A stretch of DNA of 64,000 bases from Phoronis australis (GCA_002633005.1 NMRA01000467.1:255081-319080); one strand, 5' to 3'. Counted from the first letter of the stretch, positions 22,701-33,287 are shown. Notes: generated by a model not told the origin, from the sequence alone. Made by a program: numbers and translations.

Positions 22701-25700
22701 TTCAACTGGCATGCTGACTTACACCAGTGTGCCAAAATTCAAAAGAAGTCCTTGAAAAATGTAGGAGATATAACATTTTGAACGTTAGGTGACCTTTGCT
22801 CTAAGTGACCCTATCCGGTGCAGTATAAGCGACTTCAGGACAATTATTGCAAAGACCGTGAAAAGTGTGTTCAATGCTGAGAATCACAGTTGTCTAACGG
22901 TTGACACATCAGAATACTTGGTGAATGAAAAGGACAAATTTTCAAAAAAATGCACCACCTAATGACCCCATGGTTGCACTAAATGACTTGAAACTTTGTA
23001 TTTCGAATTGAATTAGACGTACCAATCAGACTTGTGAATTTAAAGTGTCTAGCTCAAAATTTTAGTTTACACCTAATGACCTTTGACTTGTTTTATCTGA
23101 TTGGATGATTCGATTACTTCGAAAAGTAATTTTTTAAATTGCCTTGTTTACTTATACCTGAGCACCGAATTTGAAAAAGATAGCTTTATACCTGAAGAAG
23201 GAGTAGCATTTTGAAAATTCTATGACCTTTGCACCAAACGACCTCTTCCGGTGCAATATGGAATATGATTATGTGACGAATCAAAATTTATGTACTGTCA
23301 AAAATCATATGCTGAATTTAAAGAACGTACCTGCACCCAATTTGGAGTTATTAAGTGTCAAAGTTGTTTGGAAGAAGACTAAGAAGAATGAGAATAAGAA
23401 GAATAAAATTGAAGAAAACCCATGAACAACAGTACTCTGCGCTTGCACGCGCAGAGTAATAAGAATAAAATTGAAGAAAACCCAGAAACAACAGTACTCT
23501 GCGCTTGCACGCGCAGAGTAATAAGAATAAAATTGAAGAAAACCCAGAAACAACAGTACTCTGCGCTTGCACGCGCAGAGTAATAAGAATAAAATAGAAG
23601 AAAACCCAGAAACAACAGTACTCTGCGCTTGCACGCGCAGATTAATAAGAATAAGAATAAAATTGAAGAAAACCCAGAAACAACAGCGTGCAAGCGCAGA
23701 GTAATAACAGGAATAAAAGGAATAAAAACAAGAAGATAATATACTTACAGCAGTTAAACTCTGCGCTAATAAGCGCAAAGTAAAAATTTGTTATTTCTGG
23801 TATACTTGTTGGCATAGTACATCAACGTCTGTAGTCATTGTGTCAGAAACTATCACCAAGTTAATTAAGTCAGTATCATTTGTAAAGAATCTGAAAATTA
23901 TTTACTTTACACTGAAGAGTCACTGACCATTCACGACCAGCATGCTTCTGGTTCTCTGAATAACATGCAGAGCTCAGTGAGCCTACAGCTATGGTGATGA
24001 CCTGATTACTATTCCCTGTCTTTGATTACTTTACACCTCCAAATAATTGCTTTACAACCCTTACAAGAATTATTTTACGCACTTAATTTAACGGCGTAAC
24101 GTTCAGCCATTTCACTATAGATATAAACTTGTCGGTCACACTGTGAAATGACATGTTTATGATGAACGTGTTGTGGTACATAATTATTCAATAGTCCTTC
24201 AAAAGTCTTTTAACGAAGCAGGTACGTACTTATTTTTCAGTTTTCTTAAAATATGCGGGCATTTTCACAGGTGCATAAAATCCGGGCTTTGTTTCAGGTA
24301 TAGGTGCATCACTTATTGCGGTAAAGTATCGTTTATTTTTGCTTGTAAAAGTATAGAAATTAAACCCAAGTCCGAAATTATAGATATTTTAGGAGTAATG
24401 AGCCTTCGGAATAGTGAACCTTCAGAGTAGTGAATCTTCGTAATAGTGGACTGCTCCCAAATCCAGTGATGTAAGAAACTTGGGTAACACGCAAAACACA
24501 ACCAGATGAAAAAAATTCAAGTCATTCTCTGACTTAATATTTCCGTCCGAGTATGTAATGAGGTGAAATCACTCTTTTAAGCACGCTTGATTTGAAAGTT
24601 TGGTAGGGGATAACGCTAGAACGTTCTCTTTCTAGACCACATTTCATCTGGATTTGAGTCCCGTTCTTTGCGAGCAACCGTCACGGTATCCTCATTTCTG
24701 GTATAACGAATTCCGTCTCATCTCGGGAACATCGAGCTGAGAGTCATTGTTGTGCACACAGAATTCCCTTGCCCCTAATTAAACTGCGTCAAGGGCCGGC
24801 GAAAATTCTACAGTGTCAACGTTTGCAAAATAGTGATGATGACGGTAAAGTGATGATAACGAAGGTGGTGATTTTGATGGTGGCGATGATTTTTAGCACA
24901 TCCCCAGAAATCGTTTTTGCATTATGATTCAGGATCTCACTCACTCCTTTGCATTCATTTACCACTGAAACAGAGCTCAAATGAGTAGGAGGCACCTTTG
25001 TGCAATGCTCGATTTTCTGTGATGATGATGATGGCGGTGATGATAATGGTGATGGTGATGATGGTGATGATGGTGATGATGATGGTGATGATGGTGATGA
25101 TGATGATGTTGGTGTTGTGTTGATGGTGGTGGTGATGTTGATGTGATGACAGTGATTTGTGCTGAGGATGATGACGATCTTGGTCGAGATAATGAAAATG
25201 GGGATGGTGTTATGATGAGGATAAAAATGATCAAAAAAATATCATGGCGATGGTTGTAGTGGTGATGATGACGACGGGATGGTGTTGGTGATAATAAGTT
25301 TACATACTTAAAGGTACACGTGGTTTACAATTTGATTTGAAACTTGTGGAAAAGGGCAAAACATAAAGCAGCGCCATCTTCAGAGTATGTATGGAACACG
25401 TAATCAAGCATTTTGTAGGCCTTCTCAGCGTCGATAATTTTTCATACAGTATCTCCCTGGGTTAGAATCAATGGCACTGTCAAAGGAAGACGACTGGTTT
25501 TGCAATGGCCAACATTCGGACATAGCCACTGGTTAAAAGCTGACTAATACCGACTTGCGGCTGCTGTAAACAACGACAGCCCAAATCAATACACTCCACA
25601 CAAAATTTGTGTTTTGGCGACTCACTTGAGATATCAGTTCCTCAAGTAAAACAACAGAATAATTCGAAATATACTTTTTGGCTCAATTAGCATAAAGTGT

Positions 25701-26115
25701 CGTGAATCGTTTTAAAGCAGCGATTTTCTTCCACACGTTTGGCCTTTTCTAAACATCCTTTTCACCCATTGTGTAAGCGAAAATACTTCACAGAGAGAGC
25801 AACACAATATACACGTTTGCACTAGTATTGAGATAACGTTTAAAGGATACCGCAACTACACAACATCTTCAAATTATGTTTGTTGGAATCAGGGTTTAAA
25901 ATTTTTGTTATTCATGAGTTTTTCCGAAATATTAAGGAGAAAGTTGCATTTTCATTGCACTAATCTATATTAATTTACAAACTTGTTGTGAACATGATTT
26001 TGCGTCAAGTAAAATAACGATCCGAAAAGTTGGAACTACTCACTCTCTGTCTACTAATCGCCGGAATGGTGTTCCAAGTTCGACGCACGTTAAAGAGTTG
26101 AATTCGCCCAGCCAT
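7387..26115 (-). CDS. Gene copy A: 7-exon DAO/DadA-superfamily FAD-dependent oxidoreductase with predicted mitochondrial presequence (610 aa)
   Basis: join(complement 26044-26115, 16638-16832, 15841-16057, 14257-14976, 13971-14068, 8901-9096, 7387-7721) = 1833 nt open frame. All introns are GT..AG with phases 0,0,1,1,0,1, and exons 1-6 match copy B in length. Motifs: RVLYAGGPGPMVGA (Rossmann beta-alpha), DKLILSLG, CPRS (GLRP-equivalent), GHGGTGMT. Confidence 0.88.
8410..8842. mobile_element. PIF/Harbinger-type MITE in copy A intron 6
   Basis: About 37-bp TIRs (tggccggttgcatgaaacagtcccaaatagggactca / tgagtccctatttgggactgtttcatgcaactgggca) flanked by a 3-bp duplication CAG at 8407-8409 and 8843-8845. 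A CWG target is typical of Harbinger. Confidence 0.8.
8901..9096 (-). CDS. Copy A exon 6: LFGSRKATDHIVTAPGVSGYILLKGRIPTLEYHITHITPIAYSEKDDVSLVKVALGGNIASRGVP
   Basis: Acceptor ttccag|CTT (phase 0) and donor CCAG|gtaatt (phase 1). 196 nt, the same length as copy B exon 41229-41424. Confidence 0.85.
11550..13390 (+). mobile_element. Decayed Helitron Rep/helicase fragments in copy A intron 5
   Basis: 13141-13385 on + translates ELFCLRIWLLLHEPGRRSFENLRTIQGQLLDTLKEASTRYHLLEGNTLWDMCLTDAVVFYMPRPLRFLFVKI, matching the Helitron 'E.FYLRLLL..V.GPTSFEDLRTV.G...TFKEA...GLLE.D..W..CL.EA...P..LR.LF' motif. Upstream pieces are weaker and the left boundary is approximate. Confidence 0.7.
12023..12775. repeat. 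376-bp near-perfect direct duplication separated by a single N (probable assembly overlap)
   Basis: 12023-12398 equals 12400-12775 apart from two substitutions that I see. N at 12399. Confidence 0.85.
13971..14068 (-). CDS. Copy A exon 5: GHTEFKPVDKLILSLGYSARLEYDTFDTPLLRK
   Basis: Acceptor aag|GT (phase 1) and donor AAG|gtatgt (phase 0). 98 nt. DKLILSLG corresponds to the AD.VV.A.G strand of DAO-family flavoproteins. Confidence 0.88.
14257..14976 (-). CDS. Copy A exon 4 (720 nt): ATSISEDYRFRSYRLLEGLFSRRFG...VIGIETKDRD
   Basis: Acceptor ttttag|CA and donor GATG|gtatgc. Open frame that includes track ORF 14225-14854. Same length as copy B exon 42952-43671. Confidence 0.92.
15841..16057 (-). 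CDS. Copy A exon 3: AVKICRYKGPNPKTTGGPTRVLYAGGPGPMVGAVINAVRAR...DSNFIGSGYNYHEHL (FAD-binding Rossmann segment)
   Basis: Acceptor aatag|GCT (phase 0) and donor TTGG|gtaaga (phase 1). 217 nt. Confidence 0.9.
16638..16832 (-). CDS. Copy A exon 2: VRFLSTNLPGADAEKFCEQAIKDKRTIYSNWVTSDEEVLQFVKKNFPHEVESFSLLTNHEPPKRK
   Basis: Acceptor ttgtag|GTC and donor AAG|gtttgt. 195 nt. Paralog similarity drops after the donor. Confidence 0.88.
17180..17450 (+). mobile_element. Penelope-like GIY-YIG fragment
   Basis: KVFFNLPFLG...SHVVYQLNCSDCEQFYTGMTNR (VVY..C..C...Y.G.T.R). Confidence 0.75.
18130..19303 (+). mobile_element. Decayed Tc1/mariner-family transposon (right part with 3' TIR)
   Basis: Fragments RKSGSG*PKT..ENEDRVEELI, IIFIDEKDF, VFQ*DGAP, EWPPLNPDCNPTD, KRLRLVVEEGGGHIEH. 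The right end ...cactttttggaacacctgata resembles a mariner TIR followed by TA. Confidence 0.8.
18748..18864. repeat. 29-bp tandem repeat x4 inside the mariner relic
   Basis: Unit caagataagccag(g/t)ctcatctggagtaag at 18748, 18777, 18806 and 18835. Confidence 0.9.
20560..23785 (+). mobile_element. Head-to-tail array of a non-autonomous Helentron/HINE (DINE-1-like) element
   Basis: Monomers start ggcgt(g/a)acaataat(g/a)gac(t/c)ctgcgcgt at about 20951, 21473 and 22224 and end aagaagaataagaagaactag. They contain tgacctttgacct-type motifs. The 5' subterminal actctgcgcgt is complementary to the 3' hairpin arm acgcgcagagt. Confidence 0.6.
23399..23702. repeat. 62-bp tandem repeat (about 5 copies), each with the hairpin actctgcgc-ttgcac-gcgcagagt
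   Basis: Units start at 23399, 23461, 23523, 23585 and about 23653 (degenerate). No unique spacers. Confidence 0.9.
24830..25300. repeat. (GAT/GGT)n degenerate trinucleotide tract in copy A intron 1
   Basis: Direct reading. It produces the spurious poly-His ORF 24977-25234. Confidence 0.9.
26044..26115 (-). CDS. Copy A exon 1: MAGRIQLFNVRRTWNTIPAISRQR (mitochondrial presequence-like)
   Basis: AAAATGG start context and donor AGA|gtgagt (phase 0) joining exon 2 in frame. Near-identical to 53040-53111. Confidence 0.82.
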
Positions 26116-26163
26116 TTTACACCAAATCTTCCTCTTTCAGTATACATTGATATTAGCTCGACC

Positions 26164-26170
26164 ATTTATA
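26164..26170 (-). promoter_or_regulatory. Candidate TATA box (TATAAAT) of copy A
   Basis: Lies 49-55 nt upstream of the ATG and is conserved at identical spacing in copy B (53160-53166). Confidence 0.55.
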
Positions 26171-26914
26171 CTGTCGATAACTGTTGGAAAAGGTCAAATT
26201 ATCTGTCAATATGATGGAAGGCGGAGCCTTGGTTGCGGATTAAAATCTCAGACCATTTCACGGTGAATCATACAAGTTCGGTATTACGAAGACTGTGTCA
26301 GTAATAAATAAATTTACTAAAGCACAACTCTGCAATATGATCAGCACAAGGTTTTTGGAGTAGGGTTGAGAGGAACCCATTATTTTCCATTTGTTTTGTC
26401 TAAAATTGTCACTTTCACCGCCGTGGTCAGTGACGACTTAGTCCGCCACTTTGACATGTGCAATAACGACAAGTCAGCCTGAGGGAATTTGTCGATATTC
26501 AATATTTTAGACATTATAACACTGTACAAACCTTGCGACTAGGAAATGCCCGGACCAAAGAGTCGACTTTTAGAATTTTAAAAACATGCCGAAGAAAGCG
26601 ATAAGTTGGTTAACTTTAAAATAGAAATCTAAGTAATTTCATAACATATGTTGATGGTGAACACGCCGGTATGTACATTACTTACACATTTATGTGTCCT
26701 GCTCACATATGTGTTTTATCATAGATGTAAAACAGGGGGGTCAAAATAGCCAATTCACCATTTTTGACTTGCAATCAGGGATCATTTTAAAAAAACATGC
26801 TTCTGGGTCAATTGACCCACAATTCCTCAAACCTATGGGTCTACTAAGAGAACTTATGGTTCTAGGTTCATTCACCTCTAAGCCATTATTGACACATTTG
26901 TGTTGCATGAATCT

Positions 26915-27125
26915 TTAAAGATATTGCTGCCCTGGCATCGATATTTTTTGGTGTATGAAACCAATCACCTCATCAATGTCTAAATAATTATTACGACGCC
27001 CTAGCCCTAGTCTTGACAACAATCGCCAAATGTGCCTAACGCTAATTATGATACCAAAGCGATACATGAGCAGGTCTACAGTTTCTTTTTGAGACAATGT
27101 TGAAAAGGTCTCCAACACGTTCATC
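26915..27125 (-). mobile_element. IS3EU-like transposase N-terminal HTH fragment
   Basis: LSQKETVDLLMYRFGIIISVRHIWRLLSRLGLGRRNNYLDIDEVIGFIHQKISMPGQQY resembles the 'S.KEI...L...HG..IS.R.L.R.L...GL.RR......V...I..E....G..YGYR' pattern. Confidence 0.55.
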
Positions 27126-28120
27126 TCTATCCAAATTGGAATATCCTCTGTAAAAGAAAACAAGACCTATCATGTGAAACCGATTTAATAACAGTATAGT
27201 ACATATTATACCACATTATTAGCCTGGCATGGCCAATACAACCGTTTATTTATTCAACGCGTTTTGCCGGAACCCGAGGCCTGCTTCGCTAGAGTTTCGA
27301 GCCGTCGACTTGACCGCTGCACCATTCAGCGGATGACGTCATCGTACCTGAAAATAGAATACTTAAAGGAGAAGGAAATCTTTTTTCGTGTCATTTAAGA
27401 AAAAATGCAGTCCGTTGATTATCCCAGACATATTTTTCAGTTGATAACGGCTTCCCGTTGTTTTATTGATTAGTTGTGCCTTACTCCGAAAGTGACGTTT
27501 AGGGGGTTAACAATTTTCCACCATTTCGTTTTCAAATAGTCTGGCTGTGTGACCTGTCGAGTCATTAGTTATTTTACCTCGGTTGCGATAAGTTCGGTCG
27601 TCGCTTGTGTTTGTTTACGAGTCAGTTAACATGCTGCACGGTTGCTGCGTACCGGGGTGTACTCATTATCGTCTCACGCACACATTGGGAATGCCATTAC
27701 ATCACTTTTTTTCCTAAAGATGACACACTTCACTCGTTCGTGTGAAGAACGCACCGCTACCCGTCCACTCAGCATACAAAGCAGGCGAGTGTGTGAAAAA
27801 CATTATGCGCAGCCGGATTACGGAAAAGATATGTACGCGGAATTGATGAAGGTTCCTGCAATACAACGCCGTAAGAAGGGTGCCATACTGTCCCTGTTGA
27901 TTCACGGCAGTGTCCAGTCGCTACCACTGAAAAGTGCATTTTTGAAACGAGAAAGCTCGCGAGCTGTGGCCTCTACAGTGTCTGCATGCCCTTCATCTAT
28001 TGTCATTCGTGCCACCAAACGAACACCCAGAGCGTGCAATTTCGGGAACTAGAAGTGATTTGCCCTGTGCTGGTGTTGTCTCCAGCCCGGAGCCTGTAGG
28101 CAGCCCTGCTGCGATGTTAA

Positions 28121-28718
28121 AGGCGAAGGCAACCTTTTTCCATGTCATTTTGAGATAAAATAAGGTTGATTGGTTATCTTAGACATATTTTCCACTTAAT
28201 TACAGCTTTTCGTAATTTTATAAATTACCCGTCCGCTATTCCGGAAGTGACGTTTTAGGAGGCCAGCGTTTCCCGCCACTTGGTTTTGCGTTGACTTTAC
28301 CGTGCGAATCTGTTCTATTCTACTTTTGTTTTGTGCTGTTTTTCAACAATTGTCGCCACCACTTTCCATCGGCGAGTATTCTGCGGCAAGATAGGTTAGT
28401 AGGGAACTCAATTACGTTGGATTTAGGGATTGTTAAGTGTGTTGTAAGCTGAAAATGGCTGGAGTCGGTGACCCGTATAACAGTGACAGTAGTGTGAGTG
28501 ACGGAGACCTTGTTCACAGCAGTGGTGACGAGGAATTTTTTCACGGACATTCAGTGGGTGGGTACATGTTTGAGCCCGAGTATAACGAGGCAGAGTACGC
28601 ACAGGCACAGGCAGCTGTTGAGANTACGAAAAGCTGTAATTAAGTGGTAAATATGTCTAGGATAACCAACCAACCTTATTTTAGCTCAAAATGACATGGA
28701 AAAAGGTTGCCTTCGCCT
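28121..28718. mobile_element. Second, same-family Kolobok copy nested in a TTAA site of the first (contains an N at 28624)
   Basis: ttaa|aggcgaaggcaacc ... ggttgccttcgcct|ttaa with about 95-bp TIRs. The internal + ORF reads MAGVGDPYNSDSSVSDGD...GGYMFEPEYNEAEY (KolX N-terminus). Confidence 0.8.
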
Positions 28719-29035
28719 TTAAGTAATGGGAGTGAATACAGGCCCAGTTCGACTCCCAGTGAGGAGTACAGTTCGCCGTCCATTGAACAGGCCGGTGAGC
28801 CAAAGTTTGTTTATGTTTATTGTGGACTTGACTAAAGTATTGGATTTTGGGTGCCAGGTGTGTGGCGAGGGAGTAACACGACGGGATGTAAGCGGTTTTG
28901 GTGTTCAGGTCACCATCCTTAGGGATTCCGTTGAGGTCGGCATAACAGTGCACAACGTACATTTGCACCAAGACGTCCACCACGTCTGTCCGATATCTGC
29001 CTAATCCCTCTCGACAGCTGTCTGTGCGTATTCTG

Positions 29036-31841
29036 CAGGCCCGTAGCCCGGCGGGGGGGTTCGAGGGGTTCCGACGAACCCCCCTCCCGCGGAAAAGGTC
29101 CAGCCCCAGCCTATCCGTTAAAGATATGATACAGATTGACAACAACAAAATTGATGCAGCTACTGGTACTACTGACTACAATTGTTAACTAAGTTAGTAA
29201 TAATTTTGAATTTGCTTCTGATTCAAAGCGCTTCACGTTATCATCGAGCCGTGCGGTACCCGGCCCACATCGCCCAAGTGGTATTTGCGTAGATAGCAGG
29301 ATCGTGCAGACGATTAGAGGAGGCTTTATGTTATTCATCGGCATTGAAAACACGTGGTGGTTACACTGTAGGGATACAAGGGAGTCTAGAAGTAAATGTC
29401 TATACCCAGCTAAGCTATATAGCAGCGAAATAGCTCCCAAAAAGTCACATTGCGGTGTGAATGTCTTAAAATCGACCATGAAGCAAAACAACAGAAAATA
29501 GGTTTGTTATCTGATATTGCTTGCTAGCACAGTACGGTAAAGGGCAGGTGTTTCCAAATTTGGAATTGAAAATGTTCGTAAAATACAAGTATGTTTTTCG
29601 TCATATAGTGTCCAATTCGAGAGTGGATTGGTGGGTTGACATGCATTCGTGTACACGTATTTGCGTTTCCGTCCTTTTAAATTCAGTAGAAGCCGACGGT
29701 AAGTTATAGACAGCCCTCCGTCGGTACTCAAAAACCTGAATTTAACTATAACCGTGTTTGCTTGCTCTGAGAAAACACCGAAGAGCACGTTCACATTTTC
29801 TGGGGAGTAGGTCTAAACCCAATAAAAATTCTGGTCAATGGAGATAGACTGCTCTTGTCACTAGTGTCAATGGTACACAGCCTCACACACTTCATGCGAG
29901 CAACCAGATGGAAAAGATTTCCAGGCAGAGGCGGGTCTGCGGAGGGGTGTTCGGGGGCTCAAACGCTCCCCTCGGGACAGGATCAAAAATAAAAATTAAA
30001 AAAATGTCACCAGGAAAACAAAATCAGGTACTAAAAACCAAACAAAATCTTACACAGGAGGGGGAACTCCCTCCCGACCTTCCCTACACTCGGCGCTACG
30101 CGCCTCGGATTCAGGGGAATCCTACCTCCCACCCCTTACTGAAAACGTAGATCTGACACTGCCAAGGTTAGATGCCACAATTCCGATGGTGCGCTTCTCC
30201 GAAGCTTCACTACTCCGAAGGTTTGCCACCTTCGAAAATTCACTATTTCGAATGTCCACAATTCCAGAACAGAACTCCGACAGTTACTTTTTTTACTCGG
30301 GTCTCTCTCAAACAGTAGTCCAAACCTCAAACCACTGAGCCAAACAGTTCATTACTCTGATTGTCTGCTAATGAGTCGTAACAAACGTGAATAAATTATT
30401 GTATTTGTGTCTATGTAGTAACCGTGTAAAAGGGTGTGCAAAAAGTTGACTAGTTCTTAATATATTGATTTCATTGTTGAGATCGGTTCCAATCACTGCC
30501 AATTGTGATACTTGAATCTAATTAACGACTCATTCTCAATTAGGGGCAACATCTGGGGCAGGGGTAAGGGCTGCGGCGACCAACGGTTTTAAATTTAAGA
30601 AGACTGAATGGGGCTCACTGACTATGTGAAGACTGACAGGGACTGGGTAGCCTGCTAACTACATTTGATTTCGACCCGCCTGTGCGTGGTTCCGGTGGGT
30701 GAAGTTCAGGCGCAGCGGCCCTAAACTTTTCAGTCGCGCTCATTGTGGAGTGATGTGACCTTGACATGGGTTTGATGACTGTATCGTGGTTGATAATTCA
30801 TCAATATTCCCACTCCAAATTGTTTAAAATGCAATAACGTTAACACGGAAAAATATGACTAGATAAAAAGTTTCATTAAGTTAATCTCCGACTAAATATT
30901 TCTGACCGAGAAGGTGTAATTACTCATTTAAGCCTGATTTGAAAATTTGGCAAGAAGTAACGAGGAGAACGTTTTGGACCACATTACATTCGAAATGAGT
31001 CCCATTTTTTGCGAGCAACCGTCACGGTCTCGCTGGTTCCCTGCGTGACGCTGGGTGGTAGCCAGCAAGCCTGGTATGATCACTTAATTTTCCTCGGGAT
31101 TTTTTTACAACGGCGTTTCTGATTGGCTGGTCGATTTCTCAACAAGAAGCACTTTACCCAAACAAACTGACATGACTGACGGAGGAAGTGTAAATGTGGT
31201 CTGTTGTACAGACAAATCGGGTGCTTAAAATTCATGTTCAAGAAATGAGAATCCCAGAAAATTGTGGTTGCGCCTTTCATATTGCATCTTCCTAATGTCG
31301 CTGACTTTTGTTTACGTTAGGCCTACTGTCCTGTATTTATACAGTATGAATAACACACTAGTAAAATCGACCAGATGACGGCGTGTTTATTGTACATGTG
31401 CTTCTGAGCACACGGCTATTAAAAATTAGGCGCAGAAACAAAACAGTTGCTGCTACGCCACTTGCACGGACAAGGCTAAAAATCGTCCATAGTCCGCCAT
31501 TTTCTCACTTTGTTGTAAAGCTAACCAATGACTGTCGAAGTTACATCAACCAGGGATAAAGCACGTGTTACTGCCTGCTACCTGCGTGCTGGCTACCACC
31601 TAGCGACACGCGGGGAACCGGCATCCTCATCTCTGGTATTAGGCCTACTAATTCCGTCTCATCTCAAAAACATAGAACTGAGAGTCATCGTTGTGTATAC
31701 AAATTTCCCTTCCCCCTGATTAAGCTGCGCCAACTGAGGGCCTTAATGAAAACTCCAAAGTGTCGCCGTTGCGGCAAAGTATCAAAAGTCCACCATTCAA
31801 GAAATTCGAACCACCCATGCGCAATGCTGGCTACGGGCCTG
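29036..31841. mobile_element. Non-autonomous hAT-like element with a 5-bp target duplication, nested in the Kolobok KolX remnant
   Basis: TIRs caggcccgtagcc / ggctacgggcctg with TTCTG on both sides. Removing the element rejoins the KolX reading EYSETEYAQTAVE. Related pieces occur at about 16893-17090, 19870-20450 and 24600-24830. Confidence 0.75.
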
Positions 31842-32924
31842 TTCTGTCTCGCTATATTCGTGCTCAAAATGTACACCCACTGACTGTTCGTGAAAAAATT
31901 CTTCGTCACCACTCCTATGAACAATGTCTCCGTCACTCACGTCACTGTGTCTGTGATGTGGGTCGCCAACTCCAGTCATTTTCAGGCTACTACAGGGGCG
32001 GATCCAGGACTTTGTGTCAGGGGGCCAGGGTAGAGCATTAGCTAGGATTTTGCCCGTCAGACATTCGCACCCCCAAAATGCCATGTGGAATCTAGTCTGT
32101 GAGAATTTTAGGGAGGAGCATGGCCACCTTGGCCCCCCTCTAAATCCTTCTGTGTGTTATAAACTAAAATATCCCTAAATCCAACGTAACTGAGCTCTCT
32201 ATCAATCCATCTTGTTGTAGTACACTCATCATGGGAAGTGGTGGCGACACTTTCAGGAAACCAACTCGAAAACAACAGTGAAACAGATCCTCACAGTAAA
32301 CTCGAACGTAGAAACAAAATGGTGGGAAATTCTTAATCCCTTAAGTGTCGTAATTAACTTAAACATATGTATGGGATAATTAACTAACTGTATTTTTATT
32401 TAAGATGACATGAAAAACGTTGCCTTCTCCGTTAAATTAGGACGTACAATAACGTCATGTTCAACAAACGCCATTTTACCGCCATTTACACACTGTGATA
32501 AATAAGACACACAATCTCAATAAAAATGACATTTTTCATTCAGTAAAATTTATCTGTTATTTCTCTCATTTGTAAATCATCGATGTCCAGTTTAAATGCG
32601 GGTAGTGTGTCGTCGAGGTAATTTGACATTATACTCAGTGTAGCCAGTAGTAACTTACTTTAGCAGACCGTTTCCACGGTGGAAGCCTAGCACGATAATT
32701 TGTTTAGTAAGTTAGACTAGTTGCTTACAACTTATTTTGTAGAATCACTTTATTTCTATTTTGTTTAAATTTGCAATTGCTTTAAAGTAAAACCATCATT
32801 TTAACAAGAATAACTGGGCGTTTCTTAAATGGTAACGACCTACGACCCCGGGCCTGTGACATAGAAATTAGTTACAAAGCCGAGGCGAGTCGAGAAAGGT
32901 ATGTCAGTTCATTGCAATGTTGAT

Positions 32925-33287
32925 CGAATATAAGGTTGCATACATAAGAGCGCAATTATAGAAGGAATTGTCATGGAAACTAATGTATTATAAAACGTTG
33001 TAAAATTTAATAAAATACAACTTATGGACATTATTTATGTAACGACAAGGTACGATGGATCCCAGTATCTTGGGAATTTATGTCAGGAGTTTCAGTTTTT
33101 AGTATTAAAGCTTCGAGTATTTTTAAACGAAAGCAGTCACGTTCGAAATGCCTGACGATAGTATTGTCGTTCAGATATTGTTATAACAGATATGTATTTT
33201 ATTAAATTTTACAACGTTTTATAATAAATTAGTTTCCATGACAATTCCATCTGTAATTGCGCTCTTATGTATGCAACCTTATATTCG
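32925..33287. repeat. About 95-bp inverted repeat pair with a spacer of about 175 bp
   Basis: 32925-33019 (cgaatataaggttgcatacataagagcgcaatt...aaaataca) is the near-perfect reverse complement of 33193-33287. Confidence 0.9.

Larger units (their letters stand above)
27367..32431. mobile_element. Kolobok-type DNA transposon (internally deleted) carrying convergent THAP-transposase and KolX remnants and three nested insertions
   Basis: TTAA on both flanks (27363-27366, 32432-32435), with AGG-type TIRs (aggagaaggaaatctttt / aaaacgttgccttctccg). The + strand from 27631 reads MLHGCCVPGC...HFFPKD...RVCEKHY..D..RRKKGAILSL (THAP). The - strand from about 31980 reads MTGVGD...FEHEY and continues at about 28920-29035 as WCKCTLCTVMPTSTES (KolX/P2X7-C-terminal-like). 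Confidence 0.75.

Noticed and set aside
23399-23702. Regular repeats with a palindromic core resembling a CRISPR array
   Set aside because: The units are contiguous and near-identical with no unique spacers, there are no cas genes, and the context is eukaryotic. They are explained as amplified HINE 3' ends.
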